From positions 43,546 through 107,545 of IMG/VR virus record IMGVR_UViG_3300036770_001413: a DNA stretch of 64,000 nucleotides; one strand, written 5' to 3'. This stretch comes from a virus. The position numbers were made by a program, and so were the translations under genes. The notes under the pieces are model-generated. The model was given only the letters and a program-made list of their open reading frames with translations. It searched no databases and was not told where the DNA came from. Shown one piece after another: positions 32,032 to 40,437 of this stretch (positions within the stretch are counted from its first letter, which is position 1; every line of letters starts with the position of its first letter).

Positions 32032-33966
32032 CTAAGAGGTAATATCCACAATTTCGCAATTTCCGTCAGAGGTGCATGCGAGTGTTTGTGTGCCACTTGT
32101 TCCATCTTCTGTCTCATAGAAAGATAAGTCTTCCCAACGAATAGACGATGGCATTTTTGCTAAAAGTTCAAGATACTCAGTTTCTGTAACTTGCTGATAT
32201 GGGGCTTGCTTATATGAGTGATCTGAATGCGGTAGGAATGAAATACCAGAAACTTCATCGAAGTGTTTATATACCCATGCTCCAACTTCCATCCATTCAT
32301 CTTCTTTTACTGAAACAGTAATTGATGGTTTATGTTCGCACCATTCACGCTGATATACGAGCCATGTATTTAAATGATCAATAGCTGTAAGGTCATCTCG
32401 TACAATTGCGCCTTCTGGTGCTTTTACTGGAAATGAGAATACATAAGTATCATTAGGTTTCATAAAATCATCTTCCCATGGGATTCCGACTTCTTTTAAG
32501 AATGTTGATAGGGGATCTTTTTTATCTCCCCGCACAGTTCTAACATAATACTGAGAATGCCATGGATGCATGCCTGAAGAAACTCCAGTAAGTTGTGAAA
32601 CAGTTCCAGATGGCTTGACACAAGTGATAGCAGTTGATTCGTTGATTCCAATCTTTGCTGCTTCTTCTTTATTGACATTTCTTGCAAGGTCACGAATCTC
32701 AGACAAGAACTTGCCTAATTCTTCTAGCCCTTCTTTTCCAGACATAAAGCTGTGTCCGAATTGACCAGTGATGGATACTCCAAGCAATCTTTCTTCTTCT
32801 GTGTTGTCTTTCCAAATTTTACGAAGATACTTAAAGTCCGTAAGTGTTGATTGCCAGGTTCCAAGAATCGTAGCTAATCTAACTTTGTTTTCAATATCGG
32901 CTAAAGTATCATCTTCACGAATTACAACTTCGGATAGATTACAGAACTGATAAGGTCTAAGGATAATCTCTGAGCAGGGGTTGGTTCCATAATGAATCTC
33001 TGGATCTCTCCGACCCCATCTTGCTGCCTGTTTCTGAGCTGCAGCAACATTGTATATGCCACGCTCACCTGATTTTGAATCATAAAGATTTTTCCATTCC
33101 GCAATAAACTGTTCCATTTCTGGTTTACGAGAATACGCTACTGAATTATTTGATAATGCACGTTGTGAGTTTTTCTCCCACCAATTACCAGCTTTTGCTG
33201 CCGCCATTTCAATGTCGTTAATGTTTGATAGTGAAATCATTGCAGATCTACGAACTCCACCAACAACTACAACTTCTCCAATCTTGCACATAATATCGTG
33301 TGCCTCTATTGGCTTTAATTGACGGCCTGCTGCTGCTTTAAATTTTGCAATCGTAAAGTCAAAAAGATTGATTAATGGCTGAGGACCTGATGATCGGCCT
33401 CCCATTGTTTTAAGACGTGCTCCTGCTGGTCGCAACTTTGAAACATCGATTGTAGGAATCTGTCCTGCCCACAACATTGCTAGCAGTTCACGATATGATT
33501 TTGCCCATCCATTCTTAGAATCTTCGACAACTATTGTGGTTGTAGACTTTTCAAATGATTCTGGGACGGCAGGAAGTTTATTAACATACTTATATTCAAC
33601 TGAGAAACCAACACCAGTTCCACACATTAATATATACATAGTTTCATCAAATGAACGAGGTGAATCAACTGGAACAAATGAGCAGTTATATCCTGCAACA
33701 TGATCTCTGTCAAGAGCAGGTCCTGCAGTCATTACTGCTCTCATTGAAGGCATTACATTTCTATCATATACAAATTCTTTTAATTCATCTACAAGTTTTT
33801 TATTAGGGGTATAGTTAAAGTTATTCTTTAGATATTCCAGCATAAAGTTAAAATAACGATCTACTGTTTCTCCCCATGTCTCTCTTCTGTTTTCATCTGA
33901 TATCCATCTTGCATATCTGGATAATGCAATAAAATTTTCATATGGGTTTTCAATAACTCTTGACAT
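32032..33966 (-). CDS. nrdJ: class II (adenosylcobalamin-dependent) ribonucleotide reductase
   Basis: RRETW.ETVDRY, PSMR, YNCSF, GGVRRSA, TNPCSEI, CNLSEV, TCVKPSGTVSQL, C-terminal ACTSDGNCE. Confidence 0.93.
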   Translation of the reverse strand: MSRVIENPYENFIALSRYARWISDENRRETWGETVDRYFNFMLEYLKNNFNYTPNKKLVDELKEFVYDRNVMPSMRAVMTAGPALDRDHVAGYNCSFVPVDSPRSFDETMYILMCGTGVGFSVEYKYVNKLPAVPESFEKSTTTIVVEDSKNGWAKSYRELLAMLWAGQIPTIDVSKLRPAGARLKTMGGRSSGPQPLINLFDFTIAKFKAAAGRQLKPIEAHDIMCKIGEVVVVGGVRRSAMISLSNINDIEMAAAKAGNWWEKNSQRALSNNSVAYSRKPEMEQFIAEWKNLYDSKSGERGIYNVAAAQKQAARWGRRDPEIHYGTNPCSEIILRPYQFCNLSEVVIREDDTLADIENKVRLATILGTWQSTLTDFKYLRKIWKDNTEEERLLGVSITGQFGHSFMSGKEGLEELGKFLSEIRDLARNVNKEEAAKIGINESTAITCVKPSGTVSQLTGVSSGMHPWHSQYYVRTVRGDKKDPLSTFLKEVGIPWEDDFMKPNDTYVFSFPVKAPEGAIVRDDLTAIDHLNTWLVYQREWCEHKPSITVSVKEDEWMEVGAWVYKHFDEVSGISFLPHSDHSYKQAPYQQVTETEYLELLAKMPSSIRWEDLSFYETEDGTSGTQTLACTSDGNCEIVDITS

Positions 33967-34049
33967 ATAACACCTTTTCTCCGCCCTGCGGTTAATTTAA
34001 AAATTGATAGAGTCTTATTCTAGCAAACTTTATTTATAGAGGGAAGGGG

Positions 34050-35039
34050 TTAAGAGAACTTTTTAAAAATATGATCAAATGCATTATTAGTCAACCGATT
34101 CCAATTATACTCTTCATGAATCTTAGTTGACTGAGCATAGTAATAACCAGCATATGCATTAAAGTTTATAGAAACATCTCTCATAAGTTCAAGTAGATGT
34201 TGATAGTTTGGTAGATAAACTTTTCCTTCATGTGGAAAAGGCCAAGGAGAATCTATTACTTCCGACTTCAAACTTAATGGACCAATATATTTTTTATAAT
34301 GTGCCCATTCGCTAACACAAATTGTTGGCATTCCAGTTGCTAATGCTTGTAATGGAATAAATCCAAATCCTTCTCCATAGCTGGGGTAGACAAGAACATC
34401 GTGATCATGATACAATTGAATTAATTCTTCTGTTGTCATATCTTTATCTACTATATATATATTATTATATAATGCATTAGGTAAACCTAATATATTCTTA
34501 TCTATATAATTATTATATATTCTAGTAGTATTATGTTTATAAGCTTTAATTGTTAATGAGTAATTATTATTATTACCATAAAGATTAACGAAAGCATCTA
34601 CTACCATTTGTCCAGCTTTACGTGGAGCAGGTTCGCCAACATGTAAAAACTTTATAACGCCATCATCACGACGGCGGCGGGGGAACCAAGAAGATTCAAT
34701 CCCATGTGGATAAACACGAACATCTTTGTATCCATTGTCTTCAAAAACATTGGCACACCAATCAGATGTTGTCCAAATTTCATCAACAAGACTTAGTGTT
34801 TTACGCCATGTTTCTGGTATCACAGTTGATTCCCATGGAGTATAACTAATCTGATATTGATTTCGATGAAGTTTAAAGTAGTTTGGCTGAGAAAAATTTA
34901 ATTGAACGGGCGCTTTTGAATATTGAAAATTAACTTGATGACCCAGATCTTTTAATGAATTAATTATTTTTAAGCCTGCATGACCGTATCCATTATTAGT
35001 TTTCATGTTTACTGTCGGTGTTGAGAATGAAATATCCAT
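34050..35039 (-). CDS. glycosyltransferase family 4
   Basis: FLHVGEPAPRK, YPSYGEGFGFIPLQALATGMPTI. Confidence 0.85.
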   Translation of the reverse strand: MDISFSTPTVNMKTNNGYGHAGLKIINSLKDLGHQVNFQYSKAPVQLNFSQPNYFKLHRNQYQISYTPWESTVIPETWRKTLSLVDEIWTTSDWCANVFEDNGYKDVRVYPHGIESSWFPRRRRDDGVIKFLHVGEPAPRKAGQMVVDAFVNLYGNNNNYSLTIKAYKHNTTRIYNNYIDKNILGLPNALYNNIYIVDKDMTTEELIQLYHDHDVLVYPSYGEGFGFIPLQALATGMPTICVSEWAHYKKYIGPLSLKSEVIDSPWPFPHEGKVYLPNYQHLLELMRDVSINFNAYAGYYYAQSTKIHEEYNWNRLTNNAFDHIFKKFS

Positions 35040-35122
35040 ATAATTTTCTGGTCAACTAGCTTGACACGATTTGCCAAACAATGCTACTATTATAGTTCGT
35101 TATCTCTAAAGGAGGAATACCA

Positions 35123-35710
35123 ATGGAGAATATAAAAGAAAAGCTGAGCGATGTTGCTCATAGCTGGTCCGTTATAGGAATGATAACATTGTTTCTATTC
35201 GGAGTCCAGCCTGAAACAATGACGCCAGCACAAGCTTTATCTTCTGAAGTGCAAGTACAGCATTTAACTGTTACGCCTAAAGAAGAAAAGCTACAAGCAA
35301 AACAACTGAAGAAAGAAACGCTGGAAAAATTCAGCAACACTGTGTACAAACCTTCAGATATGCTTACAGACAAAGAGTTGCTGCAACTTCTCAAGTCTAT
35401 AGGATTTGAAGGACAAGCCCTTAAAATGGCTTGGGGTATTGCCAAAGCGGAGTCCAATGGACGCCCTATGGCTTACAACGGAAACAGGAATACTGGAGAC
35501 AGTTCCTACGGAATTTTTCAGATCAATATGCTAGGTAACCTTGGTGATGATCGCAAAGAGAAATTCGACCTGAGATCAAACGTATTATTGTTCGATCCAG
35601 TAATTAACGCAGAGATAACGTATTATATGACTAGAGGCGGAGTAGATTGGTCATCCTGGCCAAATTCTATTAGTAAAGCTAAGAAGTTGATAAATCAATT
35701 TCCAAAGTAG
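35123..35710 (+). CDS. lysozyme-like/SLT lytic transglycosylase with N-terminal hydrophobic segment
   Basis: AWGIAKAESNG...SYGIFQINM...LFDPVINA...WSSW. Confidence 0.8.
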   Translation: MENIKEKLSDVAHSWSVIGMITLFLFGVQPETMTPAQALSSEVQVQHLTVTPKEEKLQAKQLKKETLEKFSNTVYKPSDMLTDKELLQLLKSIGFEGQALKMAWGIAKAESNGRPMAYNGNRNTGDSSYGIFQINMLGNLGDDRKEKFDLRSNVLLFDPVINAEITYYMTRGGVDWSSWPNSISKAKKLINQFPK

Positions 35711-35722
35711 TTAGGAGATAAA

Positions 35723-35929
35723 TTGAGGATACAGATTGTGTCCAAATATTTAACCCTTGCAGAAGAGGGCCTTGTTGCAAAAATGGATTGTCCATTATGC
35801 CAAGGCCTTCTAATGCCTAATCAAGATAATAATGATAAAATTTACCTATACTGCCTTTCTTGTGAATACAGGAATGAAATAGGATTGGATCAATATGACA
35901 GAATGGAAAAAGCCATCTCAGGAAAGTGA
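35723..35929 (+). CDS. zinc-ribbon protein
   Basis: CPLC...CLSC. Confidence 0.55.
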   Translation: MRIQIVSKYLTLAEEGLVAKMDCPLCQGLLMPNQDNNDKIYLYCLSCEYRNEIGLDQYDRMEKAISGK

Positions 35930-35995
35930 GAGCGGCGAGATAGAAGAAATAGACAATATGGGTCGAGAGAAATTTTGGGAAGATATAGGTAGGCC

Positions 35996-36202
35996 ATGAG
36001 CGAAGAAGAAACAAAACAAGACTTATCCGAAAATTTGGATATGGTCAACTATATTATGCTTCATAGAATATATGACGTCATGACTATTATTGCCAGTAAA
36101 TTAGTAGGGGCGGAAGAAGTAGATAAGATGATTAAATATCATAATGAGGGATATTTATTAGGCCCCGCCCCATCTTATACCCCACAAGAAGAAAATGAAT
36201 AA
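35996..36202 (+). CDS. hypothetical protein
   Basis: 68 aa ORF in operon. Confidence 0.5.
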   Translation: MSEEETKQDLSENLDMVNYIMLHRIYDVMTIIASKLVGAEEVDKMIKYHNEGYLLGPAPSYTPQEENE

Positions 36203-36473
36203 ATTATATATCGATCAAATTACTCGGTATATGAATAATGCTAAATTAAAATATCAAAATTATTATGATGACACGGCTATGGCAACTGGAGCCCTGGAGT
36301 GGATTACAGCATACCTGGAAAAATTGCTAGGAAATTGCCAGAACGTCTCAGAGGGCAAATGTGATACTTGGTGGCGGCATGAAGATTGCAATTCTCTAAT
36401 GGCCATTCTAGCCGATTTAACAGGGGATGAGAAATATACAATAAAACCCATGAAAGCTAATTCCTGGGATTAA
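36195..36473 (+). CDS. hypothetical protein
   Basis: 92 aa ORF overlapping the previous gene. Confidence 0.5.
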   Translation: MNKLYIDQITRYMNNAKLKYQNYYDDTAMATGALEWITAYLEKLLGNCQNVSEGKCDTWWRHEDCNSLMAILADLTGDEKYTIKPMKANSWD

Positions 36474-36516
36474 AAAGTAGTTGACTTAAAAAATATAATA
36501 TGTGACAATTAGATCT

Positions 36517-36610
36517 GTATGGGTCGTAGCATCCCACATGTTCCCCATACTTACGCTTCGGCGTAGCAAAGCCCAATTGGATCCGCCTCCGATTGGGTTT
36601 TGTCCTTTAT
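36517..36610 (+). ncRNA. candidate small RNA with three stems
   Basis: TTGACT-N17-GACAAT promoter (36481-36509); stems GTATGGG/CCCATAC, TACGC-TTCG-GCGTA and CAAAGCCCAATTGG/CCGATTGGGTTTTG. Confidence 0.5.
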
Positions 36611-36694
36611 ATAGTGCATTGCGTCGAAATTGCAAAAAATTGAAAGTGCGGCGGAAGAAGAGAACCATTACCCATTTAACGGTATAATATCTAT

Positions 36695-36979
36695 ATGATC
36701 AGAACTAAAAATCTTTCATTAGACAATACTGCCAAAGAATTAACATTTTCTGATGAAGTAGATTCTCATTACAGCATAATAATAACTAATACCAGTTCGA
36801 ACAAACATGCTCTGGTAGGAGATATCAATGTGTCTACGACACACTATGGTCTCCGAGTTGAGCATGATGGTCCACCAGTAATACTGGAGAATATGTCTTT
36901 TAAAGATAGACTATATGGAATATCTGAAGATCCTAATACGGCAACTAGTGTTGCTATTATGGTTATAGAGAGGAATTAG
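36695..36979 (+). CDS. hypothetical protein (leaderless)
   Basis: TATAAT 6 nt before ATG. Confidence 0.5.
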   Translation: MIRTKNLSLDNTAKELTFSDEVDSHYSIIITNTSSNKHALVGDINVSTTHYGLRVEHDGPPVILENMSFKDRLYGISEDPNTATSVAIMVIERN

Positions 36980-37006
36980 TTTTTTTAATTCCCGCCCCAA
37001 AATATG

Positions 37007-37079
37007 CTGGATCACTAGGATTCGAACCTAGGACCTAGAAGTTAACAGCTTCCCGCTCTGCCTGCTGAGCTATGATCCA
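37007..37079 (-). tRNA. tRNA-Asn (GTT)
   Basis: acceptor TGGATCA/TGATCCA plus discriminator G, D arm TAGCTCAGCAGGCAGAGC, anticodon arm GGAAG-CTGTTAA-CTTCT, T loop GGTTCGAATCC; CCA not fully encoded. Confidence 0.92.
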
Positions 37080-37092
37080 ATATTACAGTCGA

Positions 37093-37374
37093 CTAAGATA
37101 TTTTCTTCTGTTTTCTAAAATGTGTTCTCTCTCTATGACAATTTGAGCAAACTATTTCGCATTTAGCTATTTCTTCATCTATCTTTTTTCTGCTGAGAGT
37201 TGGAACTAATTCCATTACGTTCTTATGCTTCCGCCCCCGAACATGATCAAAATCCATAACGTAGTATGGATAATAAGATCCACAATCGGAACAGGGAGAA
37301 GATTCCTTTAGGTTTCGCAGATACTTATAAAGTTCCGCTTTCCTTTTAGCAATTGAAACCTTCTCGGATTTCAT
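37093..37374 (-). CDS. HNH-like endonuclease
   Basis: CSDCG...MDFDHV...EIAKCEIVCSNCHRERT. Confidence 0.75.
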   Translation of the reverse strand: MKSEKVSIAKRKAELYKYLRNLKESSPCSDCGSYYPYYVMDFDHVRGRKHKNVMELVPTLSRKKIDEEIAKCEIVCSNCHRERTHFRKQKKIS

Positions 37375-37396
37375 ATGCCATTATTCTATCATGTGT

Positions 37397-37412
37397 TGTT
37401 TCACATGAAACA
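37397..37412. promoter_or_regulatory. parS-like palindrome 1
   Basis: TGTTTCACATGAAACA, one mismatch to the consensus TGTTTCACGTGAAACA. Confidence 0.6.
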
Positions 37413-37420
37413 TCAGTTGA

Positions 37421-37597
37421 CTATTTTTTTACTCCATTATAAATAGGAACTGAGTCCATTAATCTGACCTTGCGGGTTGTGACATATCCGCCTTTATCGT
37501 CTAATTGCATTCTGGCGGATTCTTCATTTTCCGCCAAAATTTGAACGATCATTTCGACCTTATAGCTAAAGCAAACTGTATCTTCAATTTTATCCAT
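37421..37597 (-). CDS. hypothetical protein (58 aa, not in ORF track)
   Basis: MDKIEDTVCFSYKVEMIVQILAENEESARMQLD...; TATACT upstream. Confidence 0.5.
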   Translation of the reverse strand: MDKIEDTVCFSYKVEMIVQILAENEESARMQLDDKGGYVTTRKVRLMDSVPIYNGVKK

Positions 37598-37730
37598 AAG
37601 GTTAAGTATAGCATTTATTATTCTAGTTGACTATAAATTAGGATTTCTAAAATGTTAATATATTTTTAATTTGTATGATGCAGGGTATTTAGATGTCCGA
37701 TTTGTCCAAATAGAGCGACCATATGTGATA

Positions 37731-37746
37731 TGTTTCACATGAAACT
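37731..37746. promoter_or_regulatory. parS-like palindrome 2 (overlaps a CRP-like site)
   Basis: TGTTTCACATGAAACT. Confidence 0.55.
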
Positions 37747-37854
37747 TGTGTGATTCACATCACCAATGTCCGATTTGCTCACATTTGTCTGGTTGAATAT
37801 GTCAGTGGGGGGGTGTAGTATTTAATTATTAGATAAACGAAAGGAGTCAATAAA

Positions 37855-38046
37855 ATGACTACACTAAAATATGAATATACTGTAAAGAATTTTACCTGTG
37901 ATGAGTGTGGAGAATTCTCCGATGAATTATCCAATATCACTACTGATATATCAGATACCACTATTACCGCCCTATGCTGTGATACTGAGTATTGGGTCTA
38001 TGACCTAAATCAGCTAGGTTATCAGGTTGAGGAGGTTATCCGCTAA
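37855..38046 (+). CDS. small acidic Cys-containing early protein
   Basis: CDECG...LCC; AACGAAAGGAG RBS. Confidence 0.65.
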   Translation: MTTLKYEYTVKNFTCDECGEFSDELSNITTDISDTTITALCCDTEYWVYDLNQLGYQVEEVIR

Positions 38047-38156
38047 TGATAGACTCACTAACTAGAATTGACTGTAATGAGTGTAATGGTCAGGGTCTTA
38101 TATTCTGGGGCAATGACTCAGACTACGATGTTGAACCTTGCGAGTGTGTGGCGTAA
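38046..38156 (+). CDS. 36-aa Zn-finger-like peptide (not in ORF track)
   Basis: MIDSLTRIDCNECNGQGLIFWGNDSDYDVEPCECVA; GAGGAGG RBS; paralogue of 39511-39672. Confidence 0.65.
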   Translation: MIDSLTRIDCNECNGQGLIFWGNDSDYDVEPCECVA

Positions 38157-38233
38157 ATCACACCAGACACGCCCTAGATAGGCTTGAAAATGTCAGACCT
38201 ATCTGATAGCCTTACGGCATAACAATTAAATAA

Positions 38234-38289
38234 GAGAGTATGAGCCTAGCAAATAAACCGAAAGGGTGAGCCTAGCAAATAAGACTCTC
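38234..38289 (+). repeat. 16-bp direct repeat inside an inverted repeat in a 5' leader
   Basis: GAGAGT..TGAGCCTAGCAAATAA-ACCGAAAGGG-TGAGCCTAGCAAATAA..ACTCTC. Confidence 0.7.
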
Positions 38290-38311
38290 ACTAACGAAAG
38301 GAAATAAATAA

Positions 38312-38476
38312 ATGAAAATCACTTACTCAATATGGCAGGGTAGCCTAATCAAGGGCTCACGATTCACCGCCTCAAATATGAAAGAAATCGCTAAGGTTAT
38401 AGATGACCTAAACTCAACAGGTGCTAAACCTAAGTTTGAGTATTTCATCTCTCAAGTAGAACAGGATAACAAGTAA
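38312..38476 (+). CDS. hypothetical early protein (54 aa)
   Basis: AACGAAAGGAA RBS; MKITYSIWQGSLIKG... Confidence 0.65.
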   Translation: MKITYSIWQGSLIKGSRFTASNMKEIAKVIDDLNSTGAKPKFEYFISQVEQDNK

Positions 38477-38655
38477 TGACTTACGCTATGACTTGGGAGC
38501 GAGATTATCGCTCCTACAAATACGAAACTATTCAAGATAATTATCTTGATGATGACTTAGATGATGAACCGACAGACTTTACCGAAGTTGCCTTATCAGA
38601 GATTTCTCTTGATGAATTAGACGATGACGAATTAACAGAATTGGGTTTAATATAA
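38476..38655 (+). CDS. highly acidic 59-aa protein
   Basis: 20 D/E versus 3 K/R; TAATG coupling. Confidence 0.6.
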   Translation: MTYAMTWERDYRSYKYETIQDNYLDDDLDDEPTDFTEVALSEISLDELDDDELTELGLI

Positions 38656-38802
38656 ATGGATACATATAACAGAATACTAAAGGCTCAACAGGAGCGTAGA
38701 GAATTACAGGCTCTAAAGGATAAGCAAGTAGTAGAGGCTATGTTTGCTAATCATATGCGCCCTCTAAATAATAAGCACTTACTAAAGGAAATAGAGAGAT
38801 GA
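38656..38802 (+). CDS. hypothetical protein (48 aa)
   Basis: directly follows the previous stop; MDTYNRILKAQQERRE... Confidence 0.5.
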   Translation: MDTYNRILKAQQERRELQALKDKQVVEAMFANHMRPLNNKHLLKEIER

Positions 38803-38882
38803 TAAATCTTATTCATACCGCCGCCCTATTATCTTTGTGTATAGGGCTAGGCTGGGCGTTTGTGATGTTTATCACACGCTAA
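38799..38882 (+). CDS. 27-aa single-TM peptide
   Basis: MINLIHTAALLSLCIGLGWAFVMFITR; ATGA overlap. Confidence 0.4.
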   Translation: MINLIHTAALLSLCIGLGWAFVMFITR

Positions 38883-39106
38883 ATCGGCGTGTCAGCTTGA
38901 CAAGATCGGCGGGCCCCCGCACAGTTGTGCGGGCGATTTATCCCTTATGAGCATTATGTCCGATTCCCCGAAATCCTGCGACACGCCGAGAATTTTGTGA
39001 ATTTTCTCACACGACTGAGCGTCTCATATTTTGGAATTACTCGCTAGTAAGTAGAGAAATGTCGGTGGGCTTTGGTAAAATATCAGCATAAAGAAAGGAA
39101 AACTAA

Positions 39107-39319
39107 ATGAAAACTTATTCAATAGTAGATTTGCTAGTTGACCAATACTACGCCCCTACTTCTCTCCGCCGTAGATTTAATGGTGGAATTATCAATTACG
39201 CAGAAAAGCGTGAAAATGTTTATTTATCCGAAGGCTACGAGGCTTTCGCTATTCGCTACCGCCCAACAGGGTCAATTCAAGACCAATGGGCAACAGTAGC
39301 CGTAAAAGTCGCCGACTAA
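39107..39319 (+). CDS. hypothetical early protein
   Basis: own promoter (39060) and GAAAGGAA RBS. Confidence 0.65.
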   Translation: MKTYSIVDLLVDQYYAPTSLRRRFNGGIINYAEKRENVYLSEGYEAFAIRYRPTGSIQDQWATVAVKVAD

Positions 39320-39372
39320 ATGTCGGTGGCTTCCACTATAATCAGATTTATCAAAACGAAAGGAAAACTAAA

Positions 39373-39510
39373 ATGGATCTAAAAGAATTTAGAGATTTTA
39401 TTATTGCCCAGCGCTTGGCAGAAAATAAAGAAAAGCGCAACGCTAATCTCACCGCAATTTTGTCGGTGGCTAATGCTACAATTACCGAAACAACAGGAAA
39501 GGAAAACTAA
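39373..39510 (+). CDS. hypothetical early protein (start moved to 39373)
   Basis: RBS at 39355; MDLKEFRDFIIAQRL. Confidence 0.6.
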   Translation: MDLKEFRDFIIAQRLAENKEKRNANLTAILSVANATITETTGKEN

Positions 39511-39672
39511 ATGAGTAAAATGAAACGACTACTAGAGGAAATTTCTAATTGCGATACTTGCTTTGGAAATGGCTATCTATACTACGGAGATGAGGAAACT
39601 TTTGATGTTGAGCCTTGTCTATGTAATCCAGAAAGTCTTGAACACCAACTATTCGGAAAAGAGGCTGACTAA
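39511..39672 (+). CDS. 53-aa Zn-finger-like peptide (not in ORF track)
   Basis: CDTCFGNG...FDVEPCLC; promoter 39461 and GAAAGGAA RBS. Confidence 0.65.
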   Translation: MSKMKRLLEEISNCDTCFGNGYLYYGDEETFDVEPCLCNPESLEHQLFGKEAD

Positions 39673-39872
39673 TGTATAAACTATTTACTTACTATGACGG
39701 AAAATTAGAATTCACCGCTAATTTCTCAGACGCTCTTGAAGCGTTTGAGGCTTTCGCAAGATGTAAAGATGTAGGTTTTGCTATTGAAAACGCAACTTAT
39801 AATCTAGAAATGCCAACAGGCAAAATGTATACAAAAAACTTTGACAGAATAGGTTTGGTATCTCACCGATGA
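39672..39872 (+). CDS. hypothetical early protein
   Basis: translationally coupled ORF. Confidence 0.55.
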   Translation: MYKLFTYYDGKLEFTANFSDALEAFEAFARCKDVGFAIENATYNLEMPTGKMYTKNFDRIGLVSHR

Positions 39873-40060
39873 TGACTAGAAAAGACTATGTCGCTACCGC
39901 AGAAATTCTAAACTATGTTAGCGATAAAACCCACCCCGCTATTTTTTCTAAAATGGTAAATGATTTCGCAGAAATGTTTGCGAAAGATAATCCTAAATTT
40001 GATGTAAAAAGATTTCACGAAGCGAGCAATTATCGTGTTCCAAAATTTACAGCGAATTAA
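39869..40060 (+). CDS. conserved-looking small phage protein (MTRKDY...DNP.FD..RF type)
   Basis: motif pattern recalled from phage small proteins; not searched. Confidence 0.55.
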   Translation: MMTRKDYVATAEILNYVSDKTHPAIFSKMVNDFAEMFAKDNPKFDVKRFHEASNYRVPKFTAN

Positions 40061-40160
40061 AAAAGTTTTGGATTTGCGCCGTAGTAATGCGGCGCAACCA
40101 ATGCGAAATAAAAAAATTTATTCACGAAAGCGAAAGCATAAAAATAAATTTGACAATTAG
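40035..40160 (+). CDS. 41-aa basic peptide with ArfA-like Y.RK.KHK tail (not in ORF track)
   Basis: MFQNLQRIKKVLDLRRSNAAQPMRNKKIYSRKRKHKNKFDN (GTG start). Confidence 0.5.
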   Translation: MFQNLQRIKKVLDLRRSNAAQPMRNKKIYSRKRKHKNKFDN

Positions 40161-40277
40161 TTGAAATGGCCCGCAAATATGTGTGGGGGCCTGATGTGAT
40201 TTACGACACACACGGCGTGTCCCCGAAATTTTGTCAGTGTAATCTGTTATACTAGCGGCATAACGAAAGGAAAACTA

Positions 40278-40424
40278 ATGATAAAAGTTGCTTGTTTATA
40301 TTATGAGATTTGTGGCACTGCTACCTATTTTGTTGATGAGGCGGAATATGAGGTCTATGGCGATGATTGGGCATGCGCCGAATGCTTAGATACTGTTGCC
40401 GAATTCGCTGTCGGTATGTGGTGA
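40278..40424 (+). CDS. 48-aa acidic Cys-rich peptide
   Basis: promoter 40232, RBS 40262; C..Y..C...WACAEC. Confidence 0.6.
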   Translation: MIKVACLYYEICGTATYFVDEAEYEVYGDDWACAECLDTVAEFAVGMW

Positions 40425-40437
40425 TAGAATGTCCACT

